Made by a program: the position numbers and the translations under genes. Under the pieces are notes generated by a model. That model saw only the letters and a program-made list of their open reading frames with translations, searched no databases and was not told where the DNA came from. Positions 26,238-35,657 of a stretch of 64,000 nt of DNA are shown piece after piece. The DNA is taken from positions 743-64,742 of the forward strand of contig DASZDK010000023.1 of NCBI GenBank assembly GCA_035942035.1, read 5' to 3'. The stretch comes from Acidimicrobiales bacterium (GTDB lineage: Bacteria; Actinomycetota; Acidimicrobiia; Acidimicrobiales; CADCSY01). Within the stretch, counting starts at the first letter, position 1. Each line of letters begins with the position of its first letter.

Positions 26238-29200
26238 TCCTCGTCCTCACCAACGCCGACACCGAGATCCTGGCCCTGCGCTCGGTGGTCGAGGGCCTGC
26301 CCGACGGCTTCCCGCCGGTGCGGGCGGCCAACCCGTCGGCGCTCACCGAGGTCCCCACCCTGGACGGGGTCGACGCCGTGGTGGTCCGCCTCCTCGGGGG
26401 CCGCCGGGCGTGGGAACCCGGCTTCGACGACCTCCACCGGGCCTGTGCCGAGCGGCGGGTGCCGCTGCTGGCCTTCGGTGGCGAGGCCGTGCCCGACGCC
26501 GAGCTCATGGGCCGCTCCACCGTGCCCGCCGCCACCGTGGCCGCCGCCTTCGACTACCTGGTGGCGGGGGGCCTGGCCAACGTCGAGCACCTGCTGCGGT
26601 TCGTGGCCGACACCGTGCTCATGACCGGCTTCGGCTTCGAGCCGCCGGCCGAGGTGCCCGCCTTCGGCCACTGGGGGCAACGGGAGCGCCACCCCGGCCG
26701 GCCGGCGGTGGGCGTGGTGTTCTACCGCGCCCACCTGCTCAGCGGGAACACGCTGTTCGTCGACGCCCTGTGCGACGCCATCGAGGCCCGGGGGGCCGAC
26801 GCCGTGCCGGTGTACTGCTACTCGCTGCGGCCCGACGAGCACGGGCGGGTCCCCGCCCTCGACCTGCTGGCCGAGGCCGGGGTCAGCGCCGTGGTCACCA
26901 CCGTGCTGGCGTCGGGGTCCCTGGCCCGGGGGACGGAGGGGAGCGAGGACGACGAGTGGGCCGCGCCCCACCTGGGCGCCCTCGACGTCCCCGTGGTGCA
27001 GGCGCCGGCCGCCACCATCCCCTCGGCCGCCTGGGCAGTGAGCGACGCCGGCATGTCCCCGCTCGACGTGGCCATGGGCGTGGCCATCCCCGAGTTCGAC
27101 GGGCGCATCGTCAGCGTGCCGGTGTCGTTCAAGGAGGTGGTCGACGACGGTGACGAGCTGGGCTCGCCCGTGCTGGCCTACCGGGGCGTGCCCGACCGCG
27201 TCGAGCGGGTGGCGGGCACCAGCGTCCGCCTGGCGTCACTCGGGCAGGTGCCGGCGGCCGAGCGCCGGGTCGCCGTCGTCCTGTCCGCCTACCCCACCAA
27301 GCGCAGCCGCCTGGGCAACGCCGTGGGCCTGGACACGCCGGCCAGCGCGGTCCGCCTGCTCCACGCCCTGCGGGACGCCGGCTACCGGGTCGACGACATC
27401 CCCGCCGACGGCGACGCCCTCATGGCCGCCCTGGCCGACGGCTTCACCTACGAGGACCCGGTCCTGGCCGCCGGCCAGCTGGCCCAGGCGCCGGGACGCC
27501 TGGCCGTCGAGCGCTACGGCGAGTGGTTCGCCGAACTGCCCGCCGGCGCCCGGGCCGCGGTCGAGGGCACCTGGGGGCCGGCGCCAGGCCAGGTGTGGCG
27601 CTCGGGCGACGACCTGGTGTTCCCCGGCCTCGACCTGGGCGGGGTGCTCGTGGCGGTGCAGCCGCCCCGGGGGTTCGGGGAGTCGCCCATCGCCACCTAC
27701 CACTCCCCCGACCTGGCGCCTACCCACCACTACCTGGCCTTCTACCGCTGGCTCGACGAAGGGTGGGGCGCCGGAGCGGTGATCCACGCCGGCAAGCACG
27801 GGACCCTCGAGTGGCTGCCGGGCAAGGGCGTGGGCCTGTCCGCCGGCTGCTTCCCCGACGCCGCCCTGGGCGACGTGCCGCTGTTCTACCCCTTCGTGGT
27901 CAACGACCCGGGCGAGGGCACTCAGGCCAAGCGCCGGGCCCACGCCGTGGTGGTCGACCACCTGGTGCCCCCGCTCACCCGGGCCGACACCTACGACGAC
28001 TTGGCTCGCCTGGAGTCGCTGCTCGACACCTACGCCTCGGTGCAGGCGCTCGACCCGGCCAAGCTCCCCGCCGTGCGGACCCAGGTGTGGGACCTGCTGG
28101 TGAGCGCCGAGATCCACCGCGACCTGGGCCTGTCCGAGGCCCCCGAGGGCGACGAGTTCGACGACGCCGTGCTCCACGTGGACGGCTACCTGTGCGAGCT
28201 CAAGGACGCCCAGATCAGGGGCGGGCTGCACGTGCTGGGGGCGCCGCCCGAGGGCGAGGCCGAGCTCGAGATGGTGCTGGCCCTGACCCGGCTGCCCCAG
28301 GGGCGGGTCCCCTCGCTGCGGGCGACGGTGGCCGGCGACCTCGGCGTCGAACTGGCCGCCGGCGCCCGGGTCGACGTCGACGCCGTCGAAGCCGAGTGCC
28401 GGCGCCGGCTGGGCGCCCTTCAGTCGGCGGGCTGGCGCCCCGACGACCCGCCCGACGACCCCACCCTGCGCTGGGTGTGCCAGCGCCTGGTGCCCGCCCT
28501 GCGGCGCACGACCGACGAGATCACCAACCTGCTCCACGGCCTGGCCGGCGGGTTCGTGCCCCCCGGGCCCAGCGGGGCGCCCAGCCGGGGCATGGCCTCG
28601 GTGCTGCCGACCGGGCGCAACTTCTACTCCGTCGATCCCAAGGCGGTGCCCTCCCCGCTGGCCTGGGACGTGGGCCGGGGCCTGGCCGACCAGCTGCTCG
28701 AGCGCCACCTGGCCGAGGAGGGCTGCTACCCGGCCACGGTCGGGCTGGTGGTGTGGGGCACGGCGGCCATGCGCACGTCGGGCGACGACGTGGCCGAGGC
28801 CCTGGCCCTGCTGGGCGTCCGTCCGGTGTGGGCCGAGGAGTCGGGGCGGGTGACCGGCATCGAGCGCATCCCCGACGGCGAGCTGGGCCGGCCCCGGGTC
28901 GACGTGACCCTGCGCATCTCCGGGTTCTTCCGGGACGCCTTCCCCCACGTGGTCGCCCTGCTCGACGACGCCGTGCGCCTGGCCGGCTTCGGTGCCGACG
29001 GCGACCCCCGCCTGTTCGGGCCCAAGCCCGGCGGCTACGGCTCCGGCATCCTGGGCGTGATCGAGGCACGCGACTGGCGCAGCGACGAGGACCTGGCCGA
29101 GGTGTACCTGGCCTGGGGCGGCTACGCCTACGGGCGGGACCGGGCCGGGGAGCCGGCGCCGGAGGCCATGCGTCGGCGCTTCGCCGCCATCGACGTGGCG

Positions 29201-29722
29201 GTGAAGAACCAGGACAACCGGGAGCACGACATCTTCGACTCCGACGACTACCTCCAGGACCACGGCGGGATGGTGGCCACCGTGCGGGCACTGACCGGCG
29301 CCGACCCCAAGGCGTGGTTCGGCGACTCCTCCGACCCGGCCCGGCCCCGGGTGCGCTCGCTGGCCGAGGAGGCGGCCCGGGTGGTGCGCAGCCGGGTGGT
29401 CAATCCCAAGTGGATCGACGCCATGCGCCGACACGGCTACAAGGGAGCGTTCGAGATGGCCGCCACCGTGGACTACCTGTTCGGCTACGACGCCACCGCC
29501 CACGTGGTGCAGGACTGGATGTACGAGCGGGTCACCGAGGCCTACGTGGGTGACCCCGAGGTGCGGAAGTTCTTCGAGGCATCCAACCCGTGGGCGCTGC
29601 GCTCCATCGCCGAGCGACTGCTGGAGGCCGACGAGCGGGGGCTGTGGGCCGCCTCGGAGTCGGCCCTCTCGACCTTGCGCGCTGCCCTCCTCGAGGCCGA
29701 GGGCTGGGAGGAGTCCCGGTGA
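26234..29722 (+). CDS. cobN: Cobaltochelatase large subunit CobN
   Basis: 1162 aa: VILVLTNADTEILAL…, …HAGKHGTLEWLPGK…, …PFVVNDPGEGTQAKRRAHAVVVDHL…, …GLHVLG…. The GTG start overlaps the cobQ stop (GTGA). Confidence 0.9.
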   Translation: MILVLTNADTEILALRSVVEGLPDGFPPVRAANPSALTEVPTLDGVDAVVVRLLGGRRAWEPGFDDLHRACAERRVPLLAFGGEAVPDAELMGRSTVPAATVAAAFDYLVAGGLANVEHLLRFVADTVLMTGFGFEPPAEVPAFGHWGQRERHPGRPAVGVVFYRAHLLSGNTLFVDALCDAIEARGADAVPVYCYSLRPDEHGRVPALDLLAEAGVSAVVTTVLASGSLARGTEGSEDDEWAAPHLGALDVPVVQAPAATIPSAAWAVSDAGMSPLDVAMGVAIPEFDGRIVSVPVSFKEVVDDGDELGSPVLAYRGVPDRVERVAGTSVRLASLGQVPAAERRVAVVLSAYPTKRSRLGNAVGLDTPASAVRLLHALRDAGYRVDDIPADGDALMAALADGFTYEDPVLAAGQLAQAPGRLAVERYGEWFAELPAGARAAVEGTWGPAPGQVWRSGDDLVFPGLDLGGVLVAVQPPRGFGESPIATYHSPDLAPTHHYLAFYRWLDEGWGAGAVIHAGKHGTLEWLPGKGVGLSAGCFPDAALGDVPLFYPFVVNDPGEGTQAKRRAHAVVVDHLVPPLTRADTYDDLARLESLLDTYASVQALDPAKLPAVRTQVWDLLVSAEIHRDLGLSEAPEGDEFDDAVLHVDGYLCELKDAQIRGGLHVLGAPPEGEAELEMVLALTRLPQGRVPSLRATVAGDLGVELAAGARVDVDAVEAECRRRLGALQSAGWRPDDPPDDPTLRWVCQRLVPALRRTTDEITNLLHGLAGGFVPPGPSGAPSRGMASVLPTGRNFYSVDPKAVPSPLAWDVGRGLADQLLERHLAEEGCYPATVGLVVWGTAAMRTSGDDVAEALALLGVRPVWAEESGRVTGIERIPDGELGRPRVDVTLRISGFFRDAFPHVVALLDDAVRLAGFGADGDPRLFGPKPGGYGSGILGVIEARDWRSDEDLAEVYLAWGGYAYGRDRAGEPAPEAMRRRFAAIDVAVKNQDNREHDIFDSDDYLQDHGGMVATVRALTGADPKAWFGDSSDPARPRVRSLAEEAARVVRSRVVNPKWIDAMRRHGYKGAFEMAATVDYLFGYDATAHVVQDWMYERVTEAYVGDPEVRKFFEASNPWALRSIAERLLEADERGLWAASESALSTLRAALLEAEGWEESR

Positions 29723-29915
29723 GCCTTCCCACCGTGCCCGCTCCGCCGCCCGGGTCCTGTCACCGAGCGGGACCCCTCCCACGGACCGCCTCCGGCGCCA
29801 GGGGCGCCTCCGGCGTCCGTGGGCCCCTCCCCTCGGCGCCACCCGGGCGGCTCCGCTCGCTTTGCTCGCTCGCCGGGACTCCTCCCACCGGCGCGGCCTT
29901 GGGCTGGGTGGCGTG

Positions 29916-31772
29916 ATGGCGAGCCGGTCCGGCTCCTCGACGGTGGCTGGGGGGCGCTTCCCGTTCTCTGCGGTGGTGGGGATGGAGGAGGTGAAGCTGG
30001 CGTTGGTACTGGCCGCTGTCGACCGGCGGATCGGGGGGGTGCTGCTGCGGGGCCAGAAGGGGTCGGCCAAGACGACGCTGGCCCGGGGGTTGGCCGTCCT
30101 GCTGCCCGGCGAGGCGCCCTTCGCCGAGCTGCCGCTGGGCGCCAGCGAGGACCGCCTGGTCGGCACCCTGGACCTGGGCGCCGCCCTGGCCGGCGAGGGT
30201 CGGCGCTTCGAGCCGGGGCTCCTGGCCGGCGCCCATGGGGGCGTGCTCTACGTCGACGAGGTCAACCTGCTGGCCGACCACCTGGTCGACGTGCTGCTCG
30301 ACGTGGCCACCTCGGGGGTCAACCGGGTGGAGCGGGAGGGCATCTCCCACCAGCACCCGGCCCGGTTCGTCCTCATCGGCTCCATGAACCCCGAGGAGGG
30401 CGAGCTGCGCCCTCAGCTGCTCGACCGCTTCGGGTTGGCCGTCGACGTGGCCGCCAGCACCGACCCCGGCGAGCGGGCCGAGGCCGTGCGCCGACGCCTG
30501 GCCTTCGACGCCGATCCGGCAGCCTTCGCCGAGCGGTGGGCGGGTGAGGAGGGAACCCTGGCCGCCCGGTTGGCCGCCGCCCGTCCCGCCGAGGTCCCCG
30601 ACGACCTGCTCGCCTCGATCAGCGCCCTGTGCGCCGGACTCGGCGCCGAGGGCCTGCGGGCCGACCTGGTGGTGGCCCGGGCCGCCGCCGCCCTCGCCGG
30701 CTGGGAGGCGCGGGAGCGAGCCGAGGCCGACGACGTGCGCCGGGTGGCGCCGCTGGCCCTGGCCCACCGGCGCCGGCGGTCTCCGTTCGAGGACCCCGGG
30801 GTATCCGACGAGGAGATGCGCTCGGCGCTCGACCAGGCGCTGGGGCAGCCGGCCGCACCACCCGACGAAGGGCCGTCCCCGTCCGCCGACGGCCCGCCGC
30901 CAGAACGGAATGGGGACGGTGACGGTGGTGGCGAGGGCGGCGGGAGCGCCGGCGAGCGGGAGGTCGAGGCCGGCGCCGCCCGGCCGGTGCTGCACCTGGC
31001 CGCGCCTCCCAGCGCCGGCAAGAGCGGCGGCCGGCGCTCAAAGGTGGCGAGCACCGAGGGACGCCTGGTGCGCGACCAACGTCCCACCGGGCCGGTGACC
31101 TCGCTGGCGGTGAACGCCACCGTGGCCGCCGCCGCCACCCGGCGGGCCGACGACCCCGCGAGCCCGCCGGTGGTAGCCGGCGACATCCGAGAGGCGGTGC
31201 GGGAATCCACCGCCGGCAACCTGGTGGTGCTCGCCGTCGACTGTTCCGGGTCCATGGGCGCCAGCCGGCGGATGGAGGCGGCCACGGGCGCCGCCCTCGG
31301 CCTGCTGGTCGACGCCTACCAGCGCCGCGACCGGGTGGCACTGGTCACCTTCCGGGGCGAGGGCGCGGAGGTCGTGCTGCGACCCACCGGCAGCGTCGAG
31401 GTGGCCCGGGCCCGCCTGGCCTCGGTGGCCACCGGAGGGCGCACCCCGCTGGCCGCCGGCGTCGAGACCGCGCTCGGCGTCGCCACCGCCGGCGCCCGGC
31501 CGTCGGGCCAACAGCCGCTGCTCGTCGTGCTCACCGACGGTCGGGCCACCGCCGGACCACCCGGCGCCGACCCGGTGCAGGCGGCCCTGGCCGCCGGCGC
31601 CGCCGTGCGCCGCCAGCACGTGCCCGCCGTGGTGGTCGACGCCGAGGACGGTCCCACCCGCCTGGGGCTGGCCGCCACCCTGGCCCGGGCCATGGGCGCC
31701 CGCCACGTCACCCTCGACGAGCTGTCGCCAGGAACGGTGGAGGCCGCCGTGCGCCAGGCCCTTCCCCGATGA
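29916..31772 (+). CDS. Fused ChlI/ChlD-type AAA+ / von Willebrand A chelatase subunit
   Basis: 618 aa. FPFSAVVGMEEVKLALVLAAVDRRIGGVLLRGQKGSAKTT (Walker A), VLYVDEVNLL (Walker B), GSMNPEEGELRPQLLDRF. The C-terminal vWA has …LVVLAVDCSGSMG… (MIDAS). Confidence 0.85.
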   Translation: MASRSGSSTVAGGRFPFSAVVGMEEVKLALVLAAVDRRIGGVLLRGQKGSAKTTLARGLAVLLPGEAPFAELPLGASEDRLVGTLDLGAALAGEGRRFEPGLLAGAHGGVLYVDEVNLLADHLVDVLLDVATSGVNRVEREGISHQHPARFVLIGSMNPEEGELRPQLLDRFGLAVDVAASTDPGERAEAVRRRLAFDADPAAFAERWAGEEGTLAARLAAARPAEVPDDLLASISALCAGLGAEGLRADLVVARAAAALAGWEARERAEADDVRRVAPLALAHRRRRSPFEDPGVSDEEMRSALDQALGQPAAPPDEGPSPSADGPPPERNGDGDGGGEGGGSAGEREVEAGAARPVLHLAAPPSAGKSGGRRSKVASTEGRLVRDQRPTGPVTSLAVNATVAAAATRRADDPASPPVVAGDIREAVRESTAGNLVVLAVDCSGSMGASRRMEAATGAALGLLVDAYQRRDRVALVTFRGEGAEVVLRPTGSVEVARARLASVATGGRTPLAAGVETALGVATAGARPSGQQPLLVVLTDGRATAGPPGADPVQAALAAGAAVRRQHVPAVVVDAEDGPTRLGLAATLARAMGARHVTLDELSPGTVEAAVRQALPR

Positions 31773-32875
31773 CGGAGGCCGGCGGGACCGGCGGGACCGG
31801 CGCCTTCGCCACCGCCGCCGCTGCCGTGCAGCGACCGGACGCCGGCGCCGCCGCCGCCGCCCGCGAACACCACGATCGCCTGGCCAAGCCCCGGGGGAGC
31901 CTCGGCCGATTGGAGGCGCTGGGTGCATGGCTGGCGGCCATCTCCGGCACAGCCCTCCCGCCGGCGCCGGCGCCCGCCGCGGTGGCTGTGTTCGCCGCCG
32001 ACCACGGGGTCCACGCCCAGGGGGTGACGCCCTGGCCCCAGGAGGTGACCGTCCAGATGGTCGCCACCCTCCTTGCCGGCGGGGCCACCATCAACGTCTT
32101 GGCTCGCCAGATGGGCGCCTCGGTCACCGTCGTCGACGTCGGCGTGGCCTCCACCCTGGCGCCGGCGCCCGGCCTGCTCGACCGCAAGGTGCGCTTCGGC
32201 ACCGCCGACCTGGCCACTGGCCCGGCCATGACCGAGACCGAGGCGCGGGCCGCGCTCGACGCCGGCGCCGAGGTGGCCGCCGACCTGGTCGCCGCCGGCG
32301 CCCGATGCCTGGTCACCGGCGAGATGGGCATCGCCAACACCACTGCCGCGGCCGCCGTGGTCGCCGCCCTGACCAGCCGTCCCGCCACCGAGGTCACCGG
32401 CCGGGGCACCGGCATCGACGAGGTGACCCTGGCCCGCAAGGTGGCCACGGTGCAGCGGGCGGTGGATCGCATGGAGCCGGGCGTCGGTCCCCTCGCCGTG
32501 CTCGCCTCCCTCGGCGGGCTGGAGATCGCTGCCCTCGCCGGTTTCGTGGTGGGCGGCGCCGCCGCCCGGGTGCCGGTGGTGATCGACGGCTTCATCGCCG
32601 GTGCCGGCCTCCTGGTCGCCTCCCGTCTGGTCCCCGAGGCCCTGAGCTACTGCCTGGCCGGGCACCGTTCCACCGAGCCCGGCGCCTCGGTCGTGCTGCA
32701 CGACCTACGGCTGACGCCGCTGCTCGACCTGGGTCTGCGCCTGGGCGAGGGCACCGGGGCATGCCTGGCCCTGCCGGTGGTCGAGGCCGCCGCCCGGGTG
32801 CTGGCCGAGACCGCCACCCTGGAGGCCGCCGGGGTCACCGGCACGCAGCCCGACGGGCCTGACCACGGGCCCTAA
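31769..32875 (+). CDS. cobT: Nicotinate-nucleotide--dimethylbenzimidazole phosphoribosyltransferase
   Basis: …LAKPRGSLGRLE…FAADHGV…GEMGIANTTAAAA…GHRSTEPG…LGLRLGEGTGA…. The ATG overlaps the chelatase stop (ATGA). Confidence 0.9.
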   Translation: MTEAGGTGGTGAFATAAAAVQRPDAGAAAAAREHHDRLAKPRGSLGRLEALGAWLAAISGTALPPAPAPAAVAVFAADHGVHAQGVTPWPQEVTVQMVATLLAGGATINVLARQMGASVTVVDVGVASTLAPAPGLLDRKVRFGTADLATGPAMTETEARAALDAGAEVAADLVAAGARCLVTGEMGIANTTAAAAVVAALTSRPATEVTGRGTGIDEVTLARKVATVQRAVDRMEPGVGPLAVLASLGGLEIAALAGFVVGGAAARVPVVIDGFIAGAGLLVASRLVPEALSYCLAGHRSTEPGASVVLHDLRLTPLLDLGLRLGEGTGACLALPVVEAAARVLAETATLEAAGVTGTQPDGPDHGP

Positions 32876-32885
32876 CCTGGTCACC

Positions 32886-33191
32886 ATGGGTGCCCGAGTG
32901 ACCCCCGGCGACCACGACCCGGCCACCACCGGCGACGTCGAGTCACGCATGCGGGCCGAGGGCCTCGAACCCCGCAGCTGGTCCAACGGGCCCGGTGACA
33001 CCTACGGCTGGCATCGCCACGGGTACCACAAGGTCCTGTACTGCCTGTCCGGCAGCATCGTGTTCCACACCTCCGACGACGGTGACCTCGAGCTGCACCC
33101 CGGCGACCGGTTCGACGTCGAGCCGGGGACGGACCACGCCGCCACCGTGGGCGCCGACGGCGTGCGCTGCGTGGAGGCGCCTCGGGGCTGA
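32886..33191 (+). CDS. Cupin domain protein
   Basis: 101 aa: …YGWHRHGYHKVLYCLSGSIVFH…GDRFDVEPGTDHAA…, the two-motif cupin pattern. Confidence 0.75.
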   Translation: MGARVTPGDHDPATTGDVESRMRAEGLEPRSWSNGPGDTYGWHRHGYHKVLYCLSGSIVFHTSDDGDLELHPGDRFDVEPGTDHAATVGADGVRCVEAPRG

Positions 33192-33218
33192 CGCCGGGGC
33201 CTGCCTATCCTGGCCGGC

Positions 33219-33563
33219 GTGGAGGACAACGGGACCAACGATCAGGACATGGGCGCGGCCGTGGCGGCGATCACCAAGGGCCTCAACGGCATGGCGGACT
33301 GGCACGGCTACAACGACGCCGACGCCTGCGGTCCCGGGCGTGGCCCCGAGTGCCGGGGCTACTGGTTCAAGCCCGGCGTCATCGCCACCATCGCCGCCCC
33401 GGCCGTGGCCAGTGACGCCGACGCCCGGGCCGAGGTGGCCCACTCGATGACCGACGACGAGGTGTGGGCCGAGGTCGAGCGCCGGCACCTGGTCAAGCAG
33501 CTCGGCAAGTGCCGGTGCGGCCGCGTCTTCGAGCCGCCCGTCTACAGCCGCCGAACCCGCTGA
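33219..33563 (+). CDS. Hypothetical protein
   Basis: 114 aa ORF with no family recognised. It has Cys pairs (CGPGRGPEC, CRC). Confidence 0.45.
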   Translation: MEDNGTNDQDMGAAVAAITKGLNGMADWHGYNDADACGPGRGPECRGYWFKPGVIATIAAPAVASDADARAEVAHSMTDDEVWAEVERRHLVKQLGKCRCGRVFEPPVYSRRTR

Positions 33564-33613
33564 ACGCCACCGTCGGGCGCCTGGTCCGCCCCGACTGGCG
33601 TGGCGCACGAGCG

Positions 33614-34462
33614 GTGCTCAAGGCGTTGGCGCGCGAGTGGCGCGAGGACCGCGTCACCGGCCTGGCCGCGGAAGTCGCCTTCTTCTCCATGCTGGCGCTG
33701 TTCCCCACGCTGCTGGCCACGGCCGCCGCCCTCGGCTCGCTCGGCAACCTGGTCGGCGGTGAGCTGGCGGCCAAGGCCCAGAACACGGTGCTCACCGCCC
33801 TCGACCGGGTCTTCACCGACAATGCCTCCGAGGTGCTGGAGGCGGTGCAGGGCCTGTTCACCGAACGTCGCCCGGGGCTGCTGACCCTGGGCACCGTCGG
33901 CGCCCTGTTCGCCGCCTCCCGCGGGTTCGTGGGGGTGATCCGGGCCCTCGACGAGGCCTACGACCTGGAGGAGCGCCGGACGTGGTTCGCCATCATCCCC
34001 AGTGCCGTGGTCCTGGCGCTGGGCAGCGTGCTGGTGGCCGTGGTGATGCTGGCCACGCTCGTGCTCGGGCCCCTGCTCGGCGGTGGGCAGGAGGTGGCCG
34101 ACGCCATCGGCCTGGGTGACGCCTTCGCCTTCTTCTGGGAGCTGCTCCGGGCGCCCTTCGCCTTCGCGGTGCTGGTCCTGTGGGCCACCGCGTTGTACCG
34201 CCTCGCTCCCGACCATCGCACCGCCTGGCGCCGGCATCTCCCCGGCGCGGTGCTGGCGTCGACGCTGTGGCTGCTCGTCTCGCTGGGGTTCCGCCTCTAC
34301 CTGCGGGTGGCGGCGAACGGCAACGAGATCTTCGGTGTCCTCGGCGGCACCCTGACCCTGCTGGTGTGGCTCTACGCCCTGGGTGTGGGCCTCATCGTCG
34401 GCGGAGAGCTGAACTCCATCCTCATCCGGCGCCGGGAGGCCCGAGACGCAGCCGCTGTCTGA
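33614..34462 (+). CDS. YihY/BrkB (virulence factor BrkB / 'ribonuclease BN-like') family membrane protein
   Basis: …REDRVTGLAAEVAFFSMLALFPTLL…GALFAASRGF…, ending …WLYALGVGLIVGGELN…. Start set at in-frame GTG 33614; the upstream ORF start at 33464 would overlap the previous gene by 100 nt. Confidence 0.8.
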   Translation: MLKALAREWREDRVTGLAAEVAFFSMLALFPTLLATAAALGSLGNLVGGELAAKAQNTVLTALDRVFTDNASEVLEAVQGLFTERRPGLLTLGTVGALFAASRGFVGVIRALDEAYDLEERRTWFAIIPSAVVLALGSVLVAVVMLATLVLGPLLGGGQEVADAIGLGDAFAFFWELLRAPFAFAVLVLWATALYRLAPDHRTAWRRHLPGAVLASTLWLLVSLGFRLYLRVAANGNEIFGVLGGTLTLLVWLYALGVGLIVGGELNSILIRRREARDAAAV

Positions 34463-34472
34463 GGCCATCGCC

Positions 34473-35654
34473 GTGCGCAACGGCGTTAGCGTCGGGACCG
34501 TGGACGGGCGGGAGACGTGGTTGGCCGTGGCCGAGGGCCTGCTCTCGCAACCGACGGCGCCGTTGCTGGAGGAGCTCCCCGCCGCCGCGGTGATGGCCTT
34601 CGCCGAGGCCCGCCCCGGCCTGTCCGCCGGGCGGGACGCCGCCGGCAACGTGGTCGTGCGCTACGAGGGCGAGGGCGCCGATCTCGACCGACCGCTGGTG
34701 CTGGTGGCCCACCTCGACCACCCCGGCTTTGCGGTCAGCGCCGTGGCCGGCGACACGGCCACGCTCGAGTTCCGGGGCGGCCTGGCGGCAGCCGACGCCG
34801 TGGCCGGCTCCCCCGTGGAGTTCTTCCGCCCCGGCTGCGCCGAGGCCGTAGGGCACGGCGAGCTGGTGGCGGCCGAGGCGCACGAGCGCCGCCTGAAGGG
34901 CGCCACCGCCCGGGTGGTCGACGGCGCCGCCGAGCCCGGAGGCTTCGCCATGTGGCGATTCCCCGGCTTCGCCGTGGACGACGACCGCATCAGCGGGCGC
35001 GTGTGCGACGACCTGCTGGGCGCCGCCGTGGTGCTGTGCGCCCTCGACGAGCTGGCCCGCCGACGCCCGGCCGGCACCGCGGTGTGGGGGCTGTTCACCC
35101 GGGCCGAGGAGATCGGCTTCCTCGGCGCGCTCGAAGCCATCCGCCTGCGGACGGTGCCGCGCCGAGCTCGGGTCCTGTCGCTGGAGTGCTCCAAGGCGCT
35201 GGCCGACGCTCCCCAGGGCGGAGGCGTCATCGTGCGGGTGGGCGACCGCACCAGCATCTTCGACCCCGGCCTCACCGCCGCCCTGGTCCGGGCCGCCGGC
35301 GAGGTGGCCGGCGCCGACCCCGCCTTCCGCTGGCAGCGCAAGCTCATGGACGGCGGCACCTGCGAAGCCAGCGCCTTCTGCGCCTGCGGGTACCAGGCGT
35401 CGGGGCTGGCCCTACCGCTCGGCAACTACCACAACGGGCTCGACCGTGGCGCTGGCGTCGGGCCCGAGCACGTGAGGGTCGACGACTACGTGGCCGGCGT
35501 GCGCCTGGCCACCGAGCTGGCGCTCTCCCCCCACCTGCTCGACGGCGCCGACGGCGGCGACGAGCCGCCGGCATGGCTGCGCCGCCACCAGGACCGGGCC
35601 CGGGCCGAGCTGGCCGCCGACGCGCCGGCGGCGCTGGCGGCCGAGAAGGTGTGA
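34473..35654 (+). CDS. M42/M20-like metallopeptidase family protein
   Basis: …LVLVAHLDHPGF…, …RVCDDLLGAAV…, …FTRAEEIGFLGA…, …GGTCEAS…, resembling the M42 aminopeptidase/endoglucanase-like metal-ligand pattern. Confidence 0.7.
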   Translation: MRNGVSVGTVDGRETWLAVAEGLLSQPTAPLLEELPAAAVMAFAEARPGLSAGRDAAGNVVVRYEGEGADLDRPLVLVAHLDHPGFAVSAVAGDTATLEFRGGLAAADAVAGSPVEFFRPGCAEAVGHGELVAAEAHERRLKGATARVVDGAAEPGGFAMWRFPGFAVDDDRISGRVCDDLLGAAVVLCALDELARRRPAGTAVWGLFTRAEEIGFLGALEAIRLRTVPRRARVLSLECSKALADAPQGGGVIVRVGDRTSIFDPGLTAALVRAAGEVAGADPAFRWQRKLMDGGTCEASAFCACGYQASGLALPLGNYHNGLDRGAGVGPEHVRVDDYVAGVRLATELALSPHLLDGADGGDEPPAWLRRHQDRARAELAADAPAALAAEKV

Positions 35655-35657
35655 GCC

